Numbered from the stretch's first letter, positions 39,832 to 50,146 are shown. The stretch is 64,000 nt of DNA from Draconibacterium sp. (GCA_041737765.1 JBGSRA010000025.1:95208-159207); one strand, 5' to 3'. The notes: a model not told the origin generated them from the letters alone. Translations and numbers: made by a program.

Positions 39832-42800
39832 ATGGAAATTAATCAAATTACCGCTCAACTGGCTGCCCTCACTGGGTTCCTGCATTCATCAAATGCTGAT
39901 GACGAAAAGGATATTGAAAAGTTGCAGGACGCTATAGCACAAGCTATTGTCAACCAGGATCCGGCAACTATCAGAAGCAAGGAATTTGTTTTTGAGAGAA
40001 GTGACCTGTTTCTTACCACTAACGTTGAGGGTAACCGGCTGAAAAAAATAACTGAATTAGCCACAAATGCCAGTAAAGGAGAAAAACCATCGGACAAAAA
40101 TGTTTTTGTACGAAACGTGCCAATCAGAAGTACACAAATTACAGGAAGTATTACTGCAGCCTCTGCGGGAGTGCGAGTAAATACATTTGGGCCTGTTTTT
40201 GACAAACTGCGAAAACCCGTTTGGTTTGATTTTGTGACTGTTAAAAAGCTAATTGCAATATATATTCAGGGACAAGCTTTGCCAATGATATTGTTTGATG
40301 CTACTTTTAAAAAATCAAAATTGCAATTGGTAAATTCGAAACCGGTTGAGCTTACCAAAACATTTACTGTTGATCCCGAAACGGTCTGGATTCATGGAAA
40401 GGTTTTTTCTGCCGATGTGCCCGACGAATTTTATTGCGGGCTCAGGGTAAAAGGCGGAACAATAACGCTGGATACCGATCCCTTTATGGCGAATAATCGG
40501 CTTACCATTACAAATGCCACGAAAATTACTGTTGATTTGAACCTGGAACAGAACAATGCTTTTGAGAGCGATCCTTCGAGTCCTTTCGGTGTTGATGCAC
40601 GAAATGCCAGCTTCGATTTACCTCATAAATTTCAGTTCACCTTTAAAAATAATGTTAAAACAATTACTTCCATAACAGAATCCAATTGGAATGTTTATGG
40701 GCAAAAAAGCAAATTTACTTACCAGAATTCGCAGGTGTGCATTTATAATCCGGCTATTGGAAGGCTTGCAATACCGGTTAAATGTGATAGTACAGATTTT
40801 GAAGTCAGCAATTGTCAATCACCTTTTTTCACTTTTGGCGGTAAAGCAAAAATAAAAAACAGCTGGTGGGCGCTTTCGGTTACAAAAATAGATGTTGCCA
40901 ATCCGCTTGAGGCTGACGGAAACGGTGCTTTAATTGTTGAATGCGATAAAGGTCTGGATGCAAAATGGACCAACCTGCAAAACAAATCAGTTTCGTTCGT
41001 CAATCCCTTTATTCTTGGCGAACCGGGCAGAATAAATATCACAGATGTATTAAGTGACGGCAGCGGAGCTTTTCAGAATTATATTGGCTGGAATGACGAA
41101 CAAAACATATACGGAACTACAATTGAATGTAAGTATAATAAAAACTCGCTTTTGGTTTTTAATACCGTAGCAAAAGGTGATGAAGTGATTTTTGGTTTAA
41201 GCGACTGGAATGTCAAAACCGACAGGCCTGTTAAAGTTAATGGGGAAGCTGTTACGGTAAAAACAAAAAATTCAACATTTATTCTGGCGGTTAGCAAAAT
41301 TAAATGCACACTTACGGTTTTTGATGAAAACATACTTTGGGACAACAAGTTGCCTGCTGATAAAATTCCAAAGGTAAAACCTTATGCTTTGGCAATGCAT
41401 AATGCGCTTTTTACAGTTACCCCACCAAATAGTCTGGTATTTTTTGCTGAAGCAACGCCCGATTTAAAAGCGCTTACAAGGGGACAAATGTATCTTGGTT
41501 TTGGATTGTTTTCATACCTCCCCACTCTGCCTGATCCTTACGCAGCAAATCTTGGTCTTTTCAGGAAGCAGTTTGAAATTGATGATTCAAGACCGGGAAT
41601 GGTTAGCAATACAAAAAGAAAAGGAAGCGTGGTTTGGCTTTGGCTAATTGGATTGGTAAAATGGGAACCTAAAGAAGATGAAACTTTTCAGGTCGGTGTA
41701 TCATTTCATTTTGCGCCACTAACCAAACCCCTTGAAATTGAAAAAGATACAAACAATTTGCAGTTTGAAATTCAAAATCCAAATGTAATAGTTACTGATT
41801 CCAAAAGGGATATCTTCAGCCATTTTTCTGATGATTTAATAAAATTAAAGGATGCCTCAACAAATGTAAAGGCAAACATCAGTGATTCGGCTTTTATAAA
41901 CAGAAATCCATTGGCTGGATTAATTCTAACCGATTTCTCGCTGGTTGACGTTAGTAGCAAGGCAAATCAAATGGGGATTTCGTATGCCAAACAAAATAAT
42001 TTACTTCAGGAAACAATTGCAAGAAAATATAAAATTGACATAACCGGTGATGCCAATGCAACGGTCTTCCCAATTCAGATTAGCGGACTTGATGTTATTA
42101 CAGCCGGAATGAATGCGCAGGCTTTTACTGTTCCTTCCATTTCGTGGGAACCGGTCTTTAACCTCACAAAACCGCTACTCGAAAAAGGAATGATTGGTGA
42201 AAACAATGTGCCTTTGCCTCCACCCTACGATCCGCCGGTAGGTTTCAATTATTATCAAAACGATGGAATTGCAACACGCGTTGGAAACCTGAGTAAAGAG
42301 CTGGTTACACTTTCCCCTATTCCAATGTCGAAGTTTTTGGTGGAAACCTATAAAACCAAACAAGACGGGAAAACATTTGCAGTGTTTAATTTACCTTTTG
42401 GAATGCTGGCAATAACCATCCTCGATAATAAATCGACACAACAAAAACTACCAAATATTAATAACCCGAAACCAGTATTTGAGAATTACATCAATGGCGG
42501 ACTTCAACTTGAGTTAACTGCAGGAACATCTTTTGCACCCGATGACGAGGGAAATATGTTTGAAGGATATACCATTCAACTGGTGAACATAAACAACGTT
42601 AACGGAATTGCCACTGATGCGAGCACTCTTGCCGGAACACCAACCCAGATTTTTAATAACGAATTTGCCACAAACAGCAGCAATCTGCCGGCCCGTCCGG
42701 GTGTGCCGATAACAGGAATCGGAATAAGTGGTTACGGTGCAAGCATGTTTAGCGAATGGCTTAATAAAGAAGCGCTTTTTGCACAAACCAGCCAGGCACA

Positions 42801-45114
42801 GTTTAATGTTGTTACAGGCCGCACAAACCACGAAGTTGTGCAGGTAAAAAGCATGTTGTATCCCTGGGGAATCAGGGTGGTTCGTACCATTACTTTGTTT
42901 CGCCTGGCAAACGGCTATGTGGCCCGTATTGACAGCGGATGGCAAGCCGAAAGTGACGGAAAATATGATTTCAGTTATAATGAACCGGTTTTTGGCCCCG
43001 ATGGAAAAACTGTTATTGATAAAACGCCAATCCCAAATCCGTATGAATTTCATGCAGGAATTGTAAGAGGTTTATTTAACGTTCGGAATATTAAGGAACA
43101 ACCAAAAATATTCAGTAATGCCTCGGCAATAATGTATGCTGCAACTTTTGATGCCGATGTTCAACTCGAAAATGTAACTGAAGGCGGCGACAACAACCGT
43201 GTTCCTTCAAAAGGAATTCTTTCTTACGTACAAATAGCACCGGCCGGTCATCCAATAAGTGTCAGTGAATTTACGGCTTTGGTCAAATCCGAAAACAATT
43301 CCATAGGCGGACAGGTAAACTGTATTTTGAAAGTAGCCGGCACTTCGCAACGAATGAAAATAAGTCGTTTTGATTTAAGTACAACATTGGATGCAGCAAA
43401 CAAAACTATTTTTGTAAGCGCTGCACGTGGTTCAGTAATAATGCCAAAAGACGGAAGCTGGACCATGGTTGAGCACAACCGCGGAACGGGCGATGTTTCA
43501 CCTTTGCCAGAACAATTAAGCGTTCCATTAATCCGGATTGGAAAATGGGTAAAAGATAAAGTGGTAAGCGATGCCGACGTGTCTAATTTACTTCGGATTG
43601 CGCATCCTGAAAATTTGCTGAAACTTCCAAATTCTGACACCATCAATTTTGGCTTTTTGCAAAATATGGGCACTCAAAAGGTGTTGTTTATGACTCCAGG
43701 TTTCAAAAAAGGGATTGATTCATTATTGAGTAAAACTCCGCCACTTCTTGCCGACTCTTTCAGGCTGTTAAACAGCAAAGGCATTTTCCCAAATATTGGC
43801 GATGCGGACAGCAATTTCGGACAGGCAATTTCATTACTGAAAGGAATAGGGGCAGGAAATAATCCGTTGGATGCTTTCAATAAAATAAATCTGCCCGATG
43901 CAGGAGATGTGTTGAATGTACTTCAGCTAAAAGCAAAGGAAGAAGCAGGGAAACTGCTGGATCAGGGATATGAACTGGCAAAAGGCGCTGTAAATGGTAT
44001 TGTTGATAAAGCCATCAAATTTGATTTGCCCTCGTTTGATTATCCGCTTGTTGATTTGGATGGAAAACTGGTAATTGCAATTCAGTATAAAGCAAGCAGC
44101 AAACCTAAAGGCGAGCCGCAAAAAAATTATGTAGGAAAATTCGATTTTGATGTCGATTCGTTTGCCGGAGATTTGGCAGATACATGGAAAGGACGAATGA
44201 ACAACCTGGCGATGGTGGTTTCCATTGGCCCTTTAACCGATGTAATGACAATAAAAGGGAATTTCAACTCGCAAAAAGGAAAGGATGTTGACCTTGGAAG
44301 TACAAATGCAAGCGATAATCCGTCTTTAAATTTGCCAACTCCTGAAATTGAATTTAGTGATGCTGTTGAACCGGTTATCAGAATACTTGAAATTCTGGCT
44401 TCATTAAGTACAGGAGAATATGGTGATGCTCTGAAAAAAGGGTTGAAAATTGCCATGAGTAACAGTGCGAATATCTGGGAATATAAATTTGAAGCAAGCA
44501 AAGATATTCCGCTGGTACGTTTTCCGCCAACAAAAGCATTATACGAAAGTCCGCAAACTCCCTTAAAACTGGAAGCCAGCCTTGGAATTGGTGTTAGTTT
44601 TAATGCAGCGCTGAAAGTCACTTCAGATCCATCGCAGTTATTGCCAACTGCCAGTGGCTATTTTCAGTTCCATGGCGGATTGCAGATAATGTGCGTTTCG
44701 GTTGGTGTTGGAACCATTTATGCCGTTGGTAATGTCGATTTAAAACTCGAAGCCGACACAAGTCCAAAAGTTGGTGTGACATTGAAATTTGGTTTCGGTG
44801 CGCAAATTACGGTCGGACTTCCGGTTGTTGGCCACGCAAGTATATTGTTTATGGTCGGCGTTGAAATTTATGCCGACAGCGGATCAGTTGTAAGAATTAC
44901 TGCTTTTATGCTGTTCAGAGGTCAGGCCGAATTGCTTGGAGGAATTGTAAGTGTTACAATTACCATCGAAGCAAAAGGTTCGGTTGAGAAATCAGGTGCC
45001 GGAGCTCCGGCCAATTGCAAAGCACAGGTAACTTTTGCAATCGACATCAGCATCTTTTTGATTATTGATATCAGTTTTAGCGAAAGCTGGGAAGAATCAA
45101 GACAAATTGCATAA
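39832..45114 (+). CDS. Giant hypothetical beta-rich protein (1760 aa)
   Basis: Long uninterrupted ORF; no signal peptide or catalytic motif recognised; Gly-rich amphipathic beta-strand C-terminus. Confidence 0.85.
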   Translation: MEINQITAQLAALTGFLHSSNADDEKDIEKLQDAIAQAIVNQDPATIRSKEFVFERSDLFLTTNVEGNRLKKITELATNASKGEKPSDKNVFVRNVPIRSTQITGSITAASAGVRVNTFGPVFDKLRKPVWFDFVTVKKLIAIYIQGQALPMILFDATFKKSKLQLVNSKPVELTKTFTVDPETVWIHGKVFSADVPDEFYCGLRVKGGTITLDTDPFMANNRLTITNATKITVDLNLEQNNAFESDPSSPFGVDARNASFDLPHKFQFTFKNNVKTITSITESNWNVYGQKSKFTYQNSQVCIYNPAIGRLAIPVKCDSTDFEVSNCQSPFFTFGGKAKIKNSWWALSVTKIDVANPLEADGNGALIVECDKGLDAKWTNLQNKSVSFVNPFILGEPGRINITDVLSDGSGAFQNYIGWNDEQNIYGTTIECKYNKNSLLVFNTVAKGDEVIFGLSDWNVKTDRPVKVNGEAVTVKTKNSTFILAVSKIKCTLTVFDENILWDNKLPADKIPKVKPYALAMHNALFTVTPPNSLVFFAEATPDLKALTRGQMYLGFGLFSYLPTLPDPYAANLGLFRKQFEIDDSRPGMVSNTKRKGSVVWLWLIGLVKWEPKEDETFQVGVSFHFAPLTKPLEIEKDTNNLQFEIQNPNVIVTDSKRDIFSHFSDDLIKLKDASTNVKANISDSAFINRNPLAGLILTDFSLVDVSSKANQMGISYAKQNNLLQETIARKYKIDITGDANATVFPIQISGLDVITAGMNAQAFTVPSISWEPVFNLTKPLLEKGMIGENNVPLPPPYDPPVGFNYYQNDGIATRVGNLSKELVTLSPIPMSKFLVETYKTKQDGKTFAVFNLPFGMLAITILDNKSTQQKLPNINNPKPVFENYINGGLQLELTAGTSFAPDDEGNMFEGYTIQLVNINNVNGIATDASTLAGTPTQIFNNEFATNSSNLPARPGVPITGIGISGYGASMFSEWLNKEALFAQTSQAQFNVVTGRTNHEVVQVKSMLYPWGIRVVRTITLFRLANGYVARIDSGWQAESDGKYDFSYNEPVFGPDGKTVIDKTPIPNPYEFHAGIVRGLFNVRNIKEQPKIFSNASAIMYAATFDADVQLENVTEGGDNNRVPSKGILSYVQIAPAGHPISVSEFTALVKSENNSIGGQVNCILKVAGTSQRMKISRFDLSTTLDAANKTIFVSAARGSVIMPKDGSWTMVEHNRGTGDVSPLPEQLSVPLIRIGKWVKDKVVSDADVSNLLRIAHPENLLKLPNSDTINFGFLQNMGTQKVLFMTPGFKKGIDSLLSKTPPLLADSFRLLNSKGIFPNIGDADSNFGQAISLLKGIGAGNNPLDAFNKINLPDAGDVLNVLQLKAKEEAGKLLDQGYELAKGAVNGIVDKAIKFDLPSFDYPLVDLDGKLVIAIQYKASSKPKGEPQKNYVGKFDFDVDSFAGDLADTWKGRMNNLAMVVSIGPLTDVMTIKGNFNSQKGKDVDLGSTNASDNPSLNLPTPEIEFSDAVEPVIRILEILASLSTGEYGDALKKGLKIAMSNSANIWEYKFEASKDIPLVRFPPTKALYESPQTPLKLEASLGIGVSFNAALKVTSDPSQLLPTASGYFQFHGGLQIMCVSVGVGTIYAVGNVDLKLEADTSPKVGVTLKFGFGAQITVGLPVVGHASILFMVGVEIYADSGSVVRITAFMLFRGQAELLGGIVSVTITIEAKGSVEKSGAGAPANCKAQVTFAIDISIFLIIDISFSESWEESRQIA

Positions 45115-45138
45115 TTAAACCCATTAAATTCAATAGAT

Positions 45139-48100
45139 ATGTCATTCGAACAAACAAGATTTTCCATCATGGCTCTTCCGCAAAGTGTTGATGCCAATGG
45201 TGTTTTATCGTTAAATATAGTTTTCATTCCCCGGAATATAAATCCTTTGGTAGAAGTAAATACCAATTATGGTGTTGGAAACAAAGCCAAAGCTTTTATT
45301 GACGTAAAACCTCAATTCAATATTAAGGTTGTAAACAATCCCGATGAATTTCCGGGGAAAATTCCGGCAAACGAAAAGGTTGTAAATCCTGTTTCACCAT
45401 TAATTTATTCTGATGTTGTGGCAGATATTTACAAAACATTACGCGATGCCGTTGATGAAAACGGGAAGCCAAAATATTTTGATATCGATGATTCGAGAAG
45501 TACAGATGTCAATCCGAATTCGAAACATACAGCACAAAAAGCTGAGGTAAACAGGGATTTAGCCGTTCGGAAATATTTGCCGGTGAGTTACCGTGATTCT
45601 TTCAATTTTACAGCTCCGAGGATAAAAAATGCGGTAACCGACAGCAGTTATTTTTGTGCTTTACGCGATCAAAAACCGCCTCTGGTTTTTGTAAAAGACG
45701 ATAAAGTAAGCTGGGGAAAAGTGTACGCCCATTTAATGCGGCAGCCTTTGATGGCAAAACGGGCAGGTCTGATTTATGAAGCTCAAATTCAGTTAGCACC
45801 CGGTGATTATGAAAATGGCGGCTGGCTTTATGTCGATATAATGGAAAATACCGATTATGCCCTGGAACAAATCAATTCGCTGCCCGATACAAAGGGACCA
45901 TTTTTAAAGCGGTATGCAGCCAGAATTCCCATGCTGAACGAGGGAGAAGCAAGAAATTTATTTGCAGCCATTCTTTTTCCTGTAATGAAAACAGGTGAAA
46001 CGCCGGTGGGCATTTACGATGAATTATACATTGAAGCATCGCGGTTTAATGAGGGCTTTGCAACGATAGTACATGCCAACCAGCCCGTTAGCGGGAACTT
46101 GTTAAGAGAAGAGCAGGATGGTTTTCATCCGCAGAAAGAGGCGGGAATTCGCCTGGGCTGGGAAGATGAGCAAATCTTAATCTGGTACCTGCGCCAGATG
46201 GCTGTTGACGAAAACTCAACGGAAAGACTGGATGCGCCGCTTGGTGTTACTGGTTACCATGTTGATGTGAAAACAAGCACAGCCGCCGATAATGAATGGG
46301 AATCGCTAACCGCCGCCAAAAGTAATGGAAATATGCTGCTGGAAACCATCGACATTGGTGAATACGATGGCGAACTTCCGTACCAGGTTTATCCGACAAA
46401 AATTTACGATGGCCTGGTGGATGCCAATAATTACTGGTTGCCCATGTATTTTGCAAACTGGAACAATACATCCATTGTGTTGCCCGATAAAGCTGCAGCC
46501 CGCATTTATCAAAGCGATGCCGAAAAAAATACACCGGTTAAAATCAGCGAAACCTATTCCGCAATCGAAACAAATACAAAACTTGTATATGGAAACGAGT
46601 ACCATTTCCGGGTTCGCCTTTCCGATATCAGCGGTGGTTCTCCATCGCCTTTTACACCAACACTAGCCGGTTTTTCCGTAAGTCATATCGGTAAAACTCT
46701 TTTTAAACGATATGTTGCGCCACATGCAGTAACCATTGAAAATGAGGATGAAATTCAATCAAATACCGACGACCAAAATTTTAAAGGAAGTTCATTAAAA
46801 CTCTCACGACCGCTTTTGGGATACCCTGCCGCTGTTTATACCGGAAAATACACAAATGCAGTTGACAGACTGGCAGATTCGGTACAAAATATTCTAAATA
46901 TTCAGCAGCAATCCGGCGGCACAACCGGCGCAAAAGCTTTTGGAATTCCCGATCCAGATGCAATAGCCGTTGAAATAAAAGTGGAAGTGGAAACCCTTAA
47001 TATGGATAATCTGGCAAGCGACAATGGTCGGGAACATTACATCACTTTGTACAAAACAACACGTTCGTTTCCGGCTTTCGATGAAAATGCCGCCGAAGGT
47101 ACAATTGATGTACCAATTACATTTAAGGATGTGAATGTTTTGAACCTGACCAATACCGCTGCTCCTTTTCCAAATCCTGCAGATAATGATTTCATTGCAT
47201 TAACCGATGGTGAAATTATTTTGCCCACAGCACGAAATATCCGTCTGACTTTAAGAGCAGTCGGCGAGGAAAAAGCAAATTACTGGGGACATATAAATGC
47301 AAAGGATTCAGATTTGGATTCACGTTTTGGTAAAACCACTGTCATTCATATGCGTCAGGAATCCCAGAATGAAGAAAACATTTTTACAGATACCGAAAAC
47401 CCTAAAACATTACAGGGGATTTATCTGCAGCCCGACCCGGTTACAATAAATCTCGACCCGATTTTATTCAGGACATTACAAGGCGGAGCTGAAGGTGGTA
47501 TGCCCGACATCGTACATCGTTTGGGAAGCCAACTGGATGTTGCGGTTAAAGAACTGACTTTACTTTCAGACAATGGCGAGCGCCTGCAATTTTGGTGCAG
47601 CAGCATGTTGCGGCACAGCATGTCGCCTGACAACAGCAGCATAACTTTTGCCAATAAACACGAATTGCATGACCACTGGCTGGTGTGTACCACACTGTTT
47701 ATCGATCGCGACTGGAGTTGGGACAGCCTCGATGCAAGCAGTTTTCACATCCGCCGAAGGAGAAGAATGGGCAATGATATTGCAAACATTGAAAACAAAC
47801 CTTACGAATTTATCGGCGACCTGGAACTAAAAAAAGTTGCTTCGTTTCAGGCAATTCAAAAGGGGAGAGATGGTTTGATTCACCGCGATTACACAAAAAT
47901 TGTTTTAATTGATGTTGTTGATAATAAACCTGCTGAAGGTCAGTTGCCAAAAACACTTGAATTACAATATTCTATTGAACCGCGATTCAGGACAGGTCAT
48001 GAACCGGTGGCAAATAATTCACTTGAAACACTGCCGATTGAGTTGCCAACAACAATTAATCCATCGCAAACGCCTAAATTAATTGGTGCCGGCATCGCAT

Positions 48101-49269
48101 TAAGTCCGTATAACAGAAATGAAAAATATTCGGCTACCGAAGTTCGAACCCGTTTTTTATGGCTTGAATTTGACAACAAACCACGGGACAATAACGATGG
48201 ACTTTTCTGTCGGGTTTTGGCTTACAGTCCCGACCAGTTGATAAGCAACAACCATCCTTCGCTGATGGATTTGCCAAATGAAAAGCCACTTTCGCTTAAT
48301 CCCGAATATATTAGAGTTATTTCACCAGAAAGTGCGCACGACCACAGTGGTTTGGATGCCATGCAACTAATGGAAAAATCAATCGATACCGAAAGGCATT
48401 ACTACATTTTGCCTTTGCCGCCGGGATTGCACCACGAAAGTCCCGAACTTTTTGGCATGTTCACCTACGAATTCAGGTACGGGCATTCCGATAAACTCTG
48501 GAGCACTGCACAGGGAAGATATGGCCGTGCTTTGCGCGTATCGGGTCTGCAACATCCTGCCCCAGCGTTAACCTGCATGTTAAACCGTAATGAAAAAGTA
48601 ATTTCGGTAAATGCACCTTACGCAACGGCAGTTTTTAACGGAAAAAATGTAACAGCTTCTCCCCCACATACAAGTATCTGGGCATTGCTTTATGCACAGG
48701 TTAAACAAGCTGACGGACTTGATTACAGAAACATTTTACTGAATGAATTGGAATTACAACCCATCCCACCGCGAGACTTAAAAAAGATGATTCCGGAAAT
48801 TATGCATAAGCTGGAAGTAAAGAATGTGTATTATAAGGAGAAAAACCTTCCAACAGTTGATATTACAAATGAACTTGTTTTCCAAAATGCAACACAACAA
48901 ATTGCCTGGGAAAAAGAAAGCACAAAACAGGCTTATGGACGATGGACAAATGCAAAAGTGAATGAAATGCTTGATTTGTATGGTTTACCGCGTGGCTCAT
49001 CGTTAAGTGTGCTGTGTGTTGAAGTTTACGGCCACATCACAAGTGCATACGATCATATCGATAATTTTAACGCCAATAAAAATAAACTGGTAGAAAAAAC
49101 TGCTGTGGTCTTTAATCAGGAAGTTGCAAATCAACTTGAGAAGAATCTTCACATCACTCAAATTCCACCGGTAAAAAATCCAATTGATCCGTTAAACAGC
49201 CAGTTGGGGATGTTCAGGATATTGCGGACATCTCCACTGGTTGAAGTGCCATTTATATGTAAAACTTAA
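45139..49269 (+). CDS. Giant hypothetical protein (1376 aa) with possible FN3/Ig-like segments
   Basis: 24 bp downstream of the previous gene; IRLGW, VTGYHVDV and YGNEYHFRVR resemble FN3 strands; no signal peptide. Confidence 0.85.
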   Translation: MSFEQTRFSIMALPQSVDANGVLSLNIVFIPRNINPLVEVNTNYGVGNKAKAFIDVKPQFNIKVVNNPDEFPGKIPANEKVVNPVSPLIYSDVVADIYKTLRDAVDENGKPKYFDIDDSRSTDVNPNSKHTAQKAEVNRDLAVRKYLPVSYRDSFNFTAPRIKNAVTDSSYFCALRDQKPPLVFVKDDKVSWGKVYAHLMRQPLMAKRAGLIYEAQIQLAPGDYENGGWLYVDIMENTDYALEQINSLPDTKGPFLKRYAARIPMLNEGEARNLFAAILFPVMKTGETPVGIYDELYIEASRFNEGFATIVHANQPVSGNLLREEQDGFHPQKEAGIRLGWEDEQILIWYLRQMAVDENSTERLDAPLGVTGYHVDVKTSTAADNEWESLTAAKSNGNMLLETIDIGEYDGELPYQVYPTKIYDGLVDANNYWLPMYFANWNNTSIVLPDKAAARIYQSDAEKNTPVKISETYSAIETNTKLVYGNEYHFRVRLSDISGGSPSPFTPTLAGFSVSHIGKTLFKRYVAPHAVTIENEDEIQSNTDDQNFKGSSLKLSRPLLGYPAAVYTGKYTNAVDRLADSVQNILNIQQQSGGTTGAKAFGIPDPDAIAVEIKVEVETLNMDNLASDNGREHYITLYKTTRSFPAFDENAAEGTIDVPITFKDVNVLNLTNTAAPFPNPADNDFIALTDGEIILPTARNIRLTLRAVGEEKANYWGHINAKDSDLDSRFGKTTVIHMRQESQNEENIFTDTENPKTLQGIYLQPDPVTINLDPILFRTLQGGAEGGMPDIVHRLGSQLDVAVKELTLLSDNGERLQFWCSSMLRHSMSPDNSSITFANKHELHDHWLVCTTLFIDRDWSWDSLDASSFHIRRRRRMGNDIANIENKPYEFIGDLELKKVASFQAIQKGRDGLIHRDYTKIVLIDVVDNKPAEGQLPKTLELQYSIEPRFRTGHEPVANNSLETLPIELPTTINPSQTPKLIGAGIALSPYNRNEKYSATEVRTRFLWLEFDNKPRDNNDGLFCRVLAYSPDQLISNNHPSLMDLPNEKPLSLNPEYIRVISPESAHDHSGLDAMQLMEKSIDTERHYYILPLPPGLHHESPELFGMFTYEFRYGHSDKLWSTAQGRYGRALRVSGLQHPAPALTCMLNRNEKVISVNAPYATAVFNGKNVTASPPHTSIWALLYAQVKQADGLDYRNILLNELELQPIPPRDLKKMIPEIMHKLEVKNVYYKEKNLPTVDITNELVFQNATQQIAWEKESTKQAYGRWTNAKVNEMLDLYGLPRGSSLSVLCVEVYGHITSAYDHIDNFNANKNKLVEKTAVVFNQEVANQLEKNLHITQIPPVKNPIDPLNSQLGMFRILRTSPLVEVPFICKT

Positions 49270-49314
49270 TTTTTTGATGGTAAGGAATATTGAAATCCGT
49301 AACTAAAAACATTT

Positions 49315-49355
49315 AAGACGCTTAAAACATTGAATTTAAAGCGTCTTTTGTTTTG
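49315..49355 (+). terminator. Intrinsic terminator of the two-gene operon
   Basis: aagacgcttaaa...tttaaagcgtctt followed by a T-rich tail. Confidence 0.6.
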
Positions 49356-49495
49356 TATTAATTTTAATATTGGATTCAGAACTAAGATCTGATATCTTAA
49401 AAGTTCTATTTAATATATCATAAATAATTGATATTCAAACTCATGTAAACATATTATTATCCATTCTGCTTATGAAAACTAAAAGAATGTATCAT

Positions 49496-49538
49496 AAAAA
49501 AAGTGGGATTTCAATATTATTGAAACCCCACTTTTTTT
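49496..49538 (-). terminator. Terminator downstream of tRNA-Trp
   Basis: aaaaaaagtgggatttcaatattattgaaaccccacttttttt hairpin. Confidence 0.7.
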
Positions 49539-49552
49539 GCCTTTCCGGCTTG

Positions 49553-49625
49553 CACGGGAGGAGAGACTCGAACTCCCGACACCTGGTTTTGGAGACCAGT
49601 GCTCTACCAACTGAGCTACACCCGT
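49553..49625 (-). tRNA. tRNA-Trp(CCA)
   Basis: ACGGGTGTAGCTCAGTTGGTAGAGCACTGGTCTCCAAAACCAGGTGTCGGGAGTTCGAGTCTCTCCTCCCGTG folds as a cloverleaf with anticodon CCA; 3'-CCA end not encoded. Confidence 0.96.
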
Positions 49626-49750
49626 GTTTATTTTTTGCGACTGCAAATATAATAATACATTCTAAATTACCTAACAAATCTACTTTTGCAACCACAATAT
49701 TCTTATCAAAATTGTTGCTTTTAGAAAAGTTATGAACAGCAATTTTCATT

Positions 49751-49783
49751 AAAAAATCCACCAGAAAAATCTGATGGATTTTT
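49751..49783. terminator. Terminator downstream of tRNA-Ser (bidirectional form)
   Basis: aaaaaatccaccaga-aaaa-tctgatggattttt hairpin. Confidence 0.65.
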
Positions 49784-49869
<86 letters not shown>

Positions 49870-50146
49870 AGGCGCGACAAAAGTAGAATATTTTTTGTAA
49901 TGACAAACAATTATCAATTGAAAAATATTTAAAATGGTTAAAAAAAAAAGGGATAAAGATTGTTTTTTTAAAACTTATTTCAGAATTTAGTGTTCCTATA
50001 GAAAAGTTCTCTGAAACGATTGATTTTACTGGTATTCTGAGAATATTCTTTATCTTTCAGAATTGAGACTTAACTTAATTTGAATAAATAAGTTTTTTTA
50101 AACACTTATCTATCAATAATTTAACCATTTAATAAAATTTTGCCGT

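Larger units (their letters stand above)
39647..49601. mobile_element. Relict genomic islet integrated at tRNA-Trp (no integrase left)
   Basis: Direct repeats of the tRNA 3' half at both ends; content is two giant hypothetical genes. Confidence 0.65.

Noticed and set aside
42514-45266. Antisense ORFs of 110-180 aa within the giant gene
   Set aside because: Typical reverse-frame shadows with no independent motifs.
39832-49269. Prophage, Rhs/YD toxin, TonB receptor or T9SS adhesin assignment
   Set aside because: No phage genes, YD repeats, Rhs core motif, signal peptide or CTD recognised.
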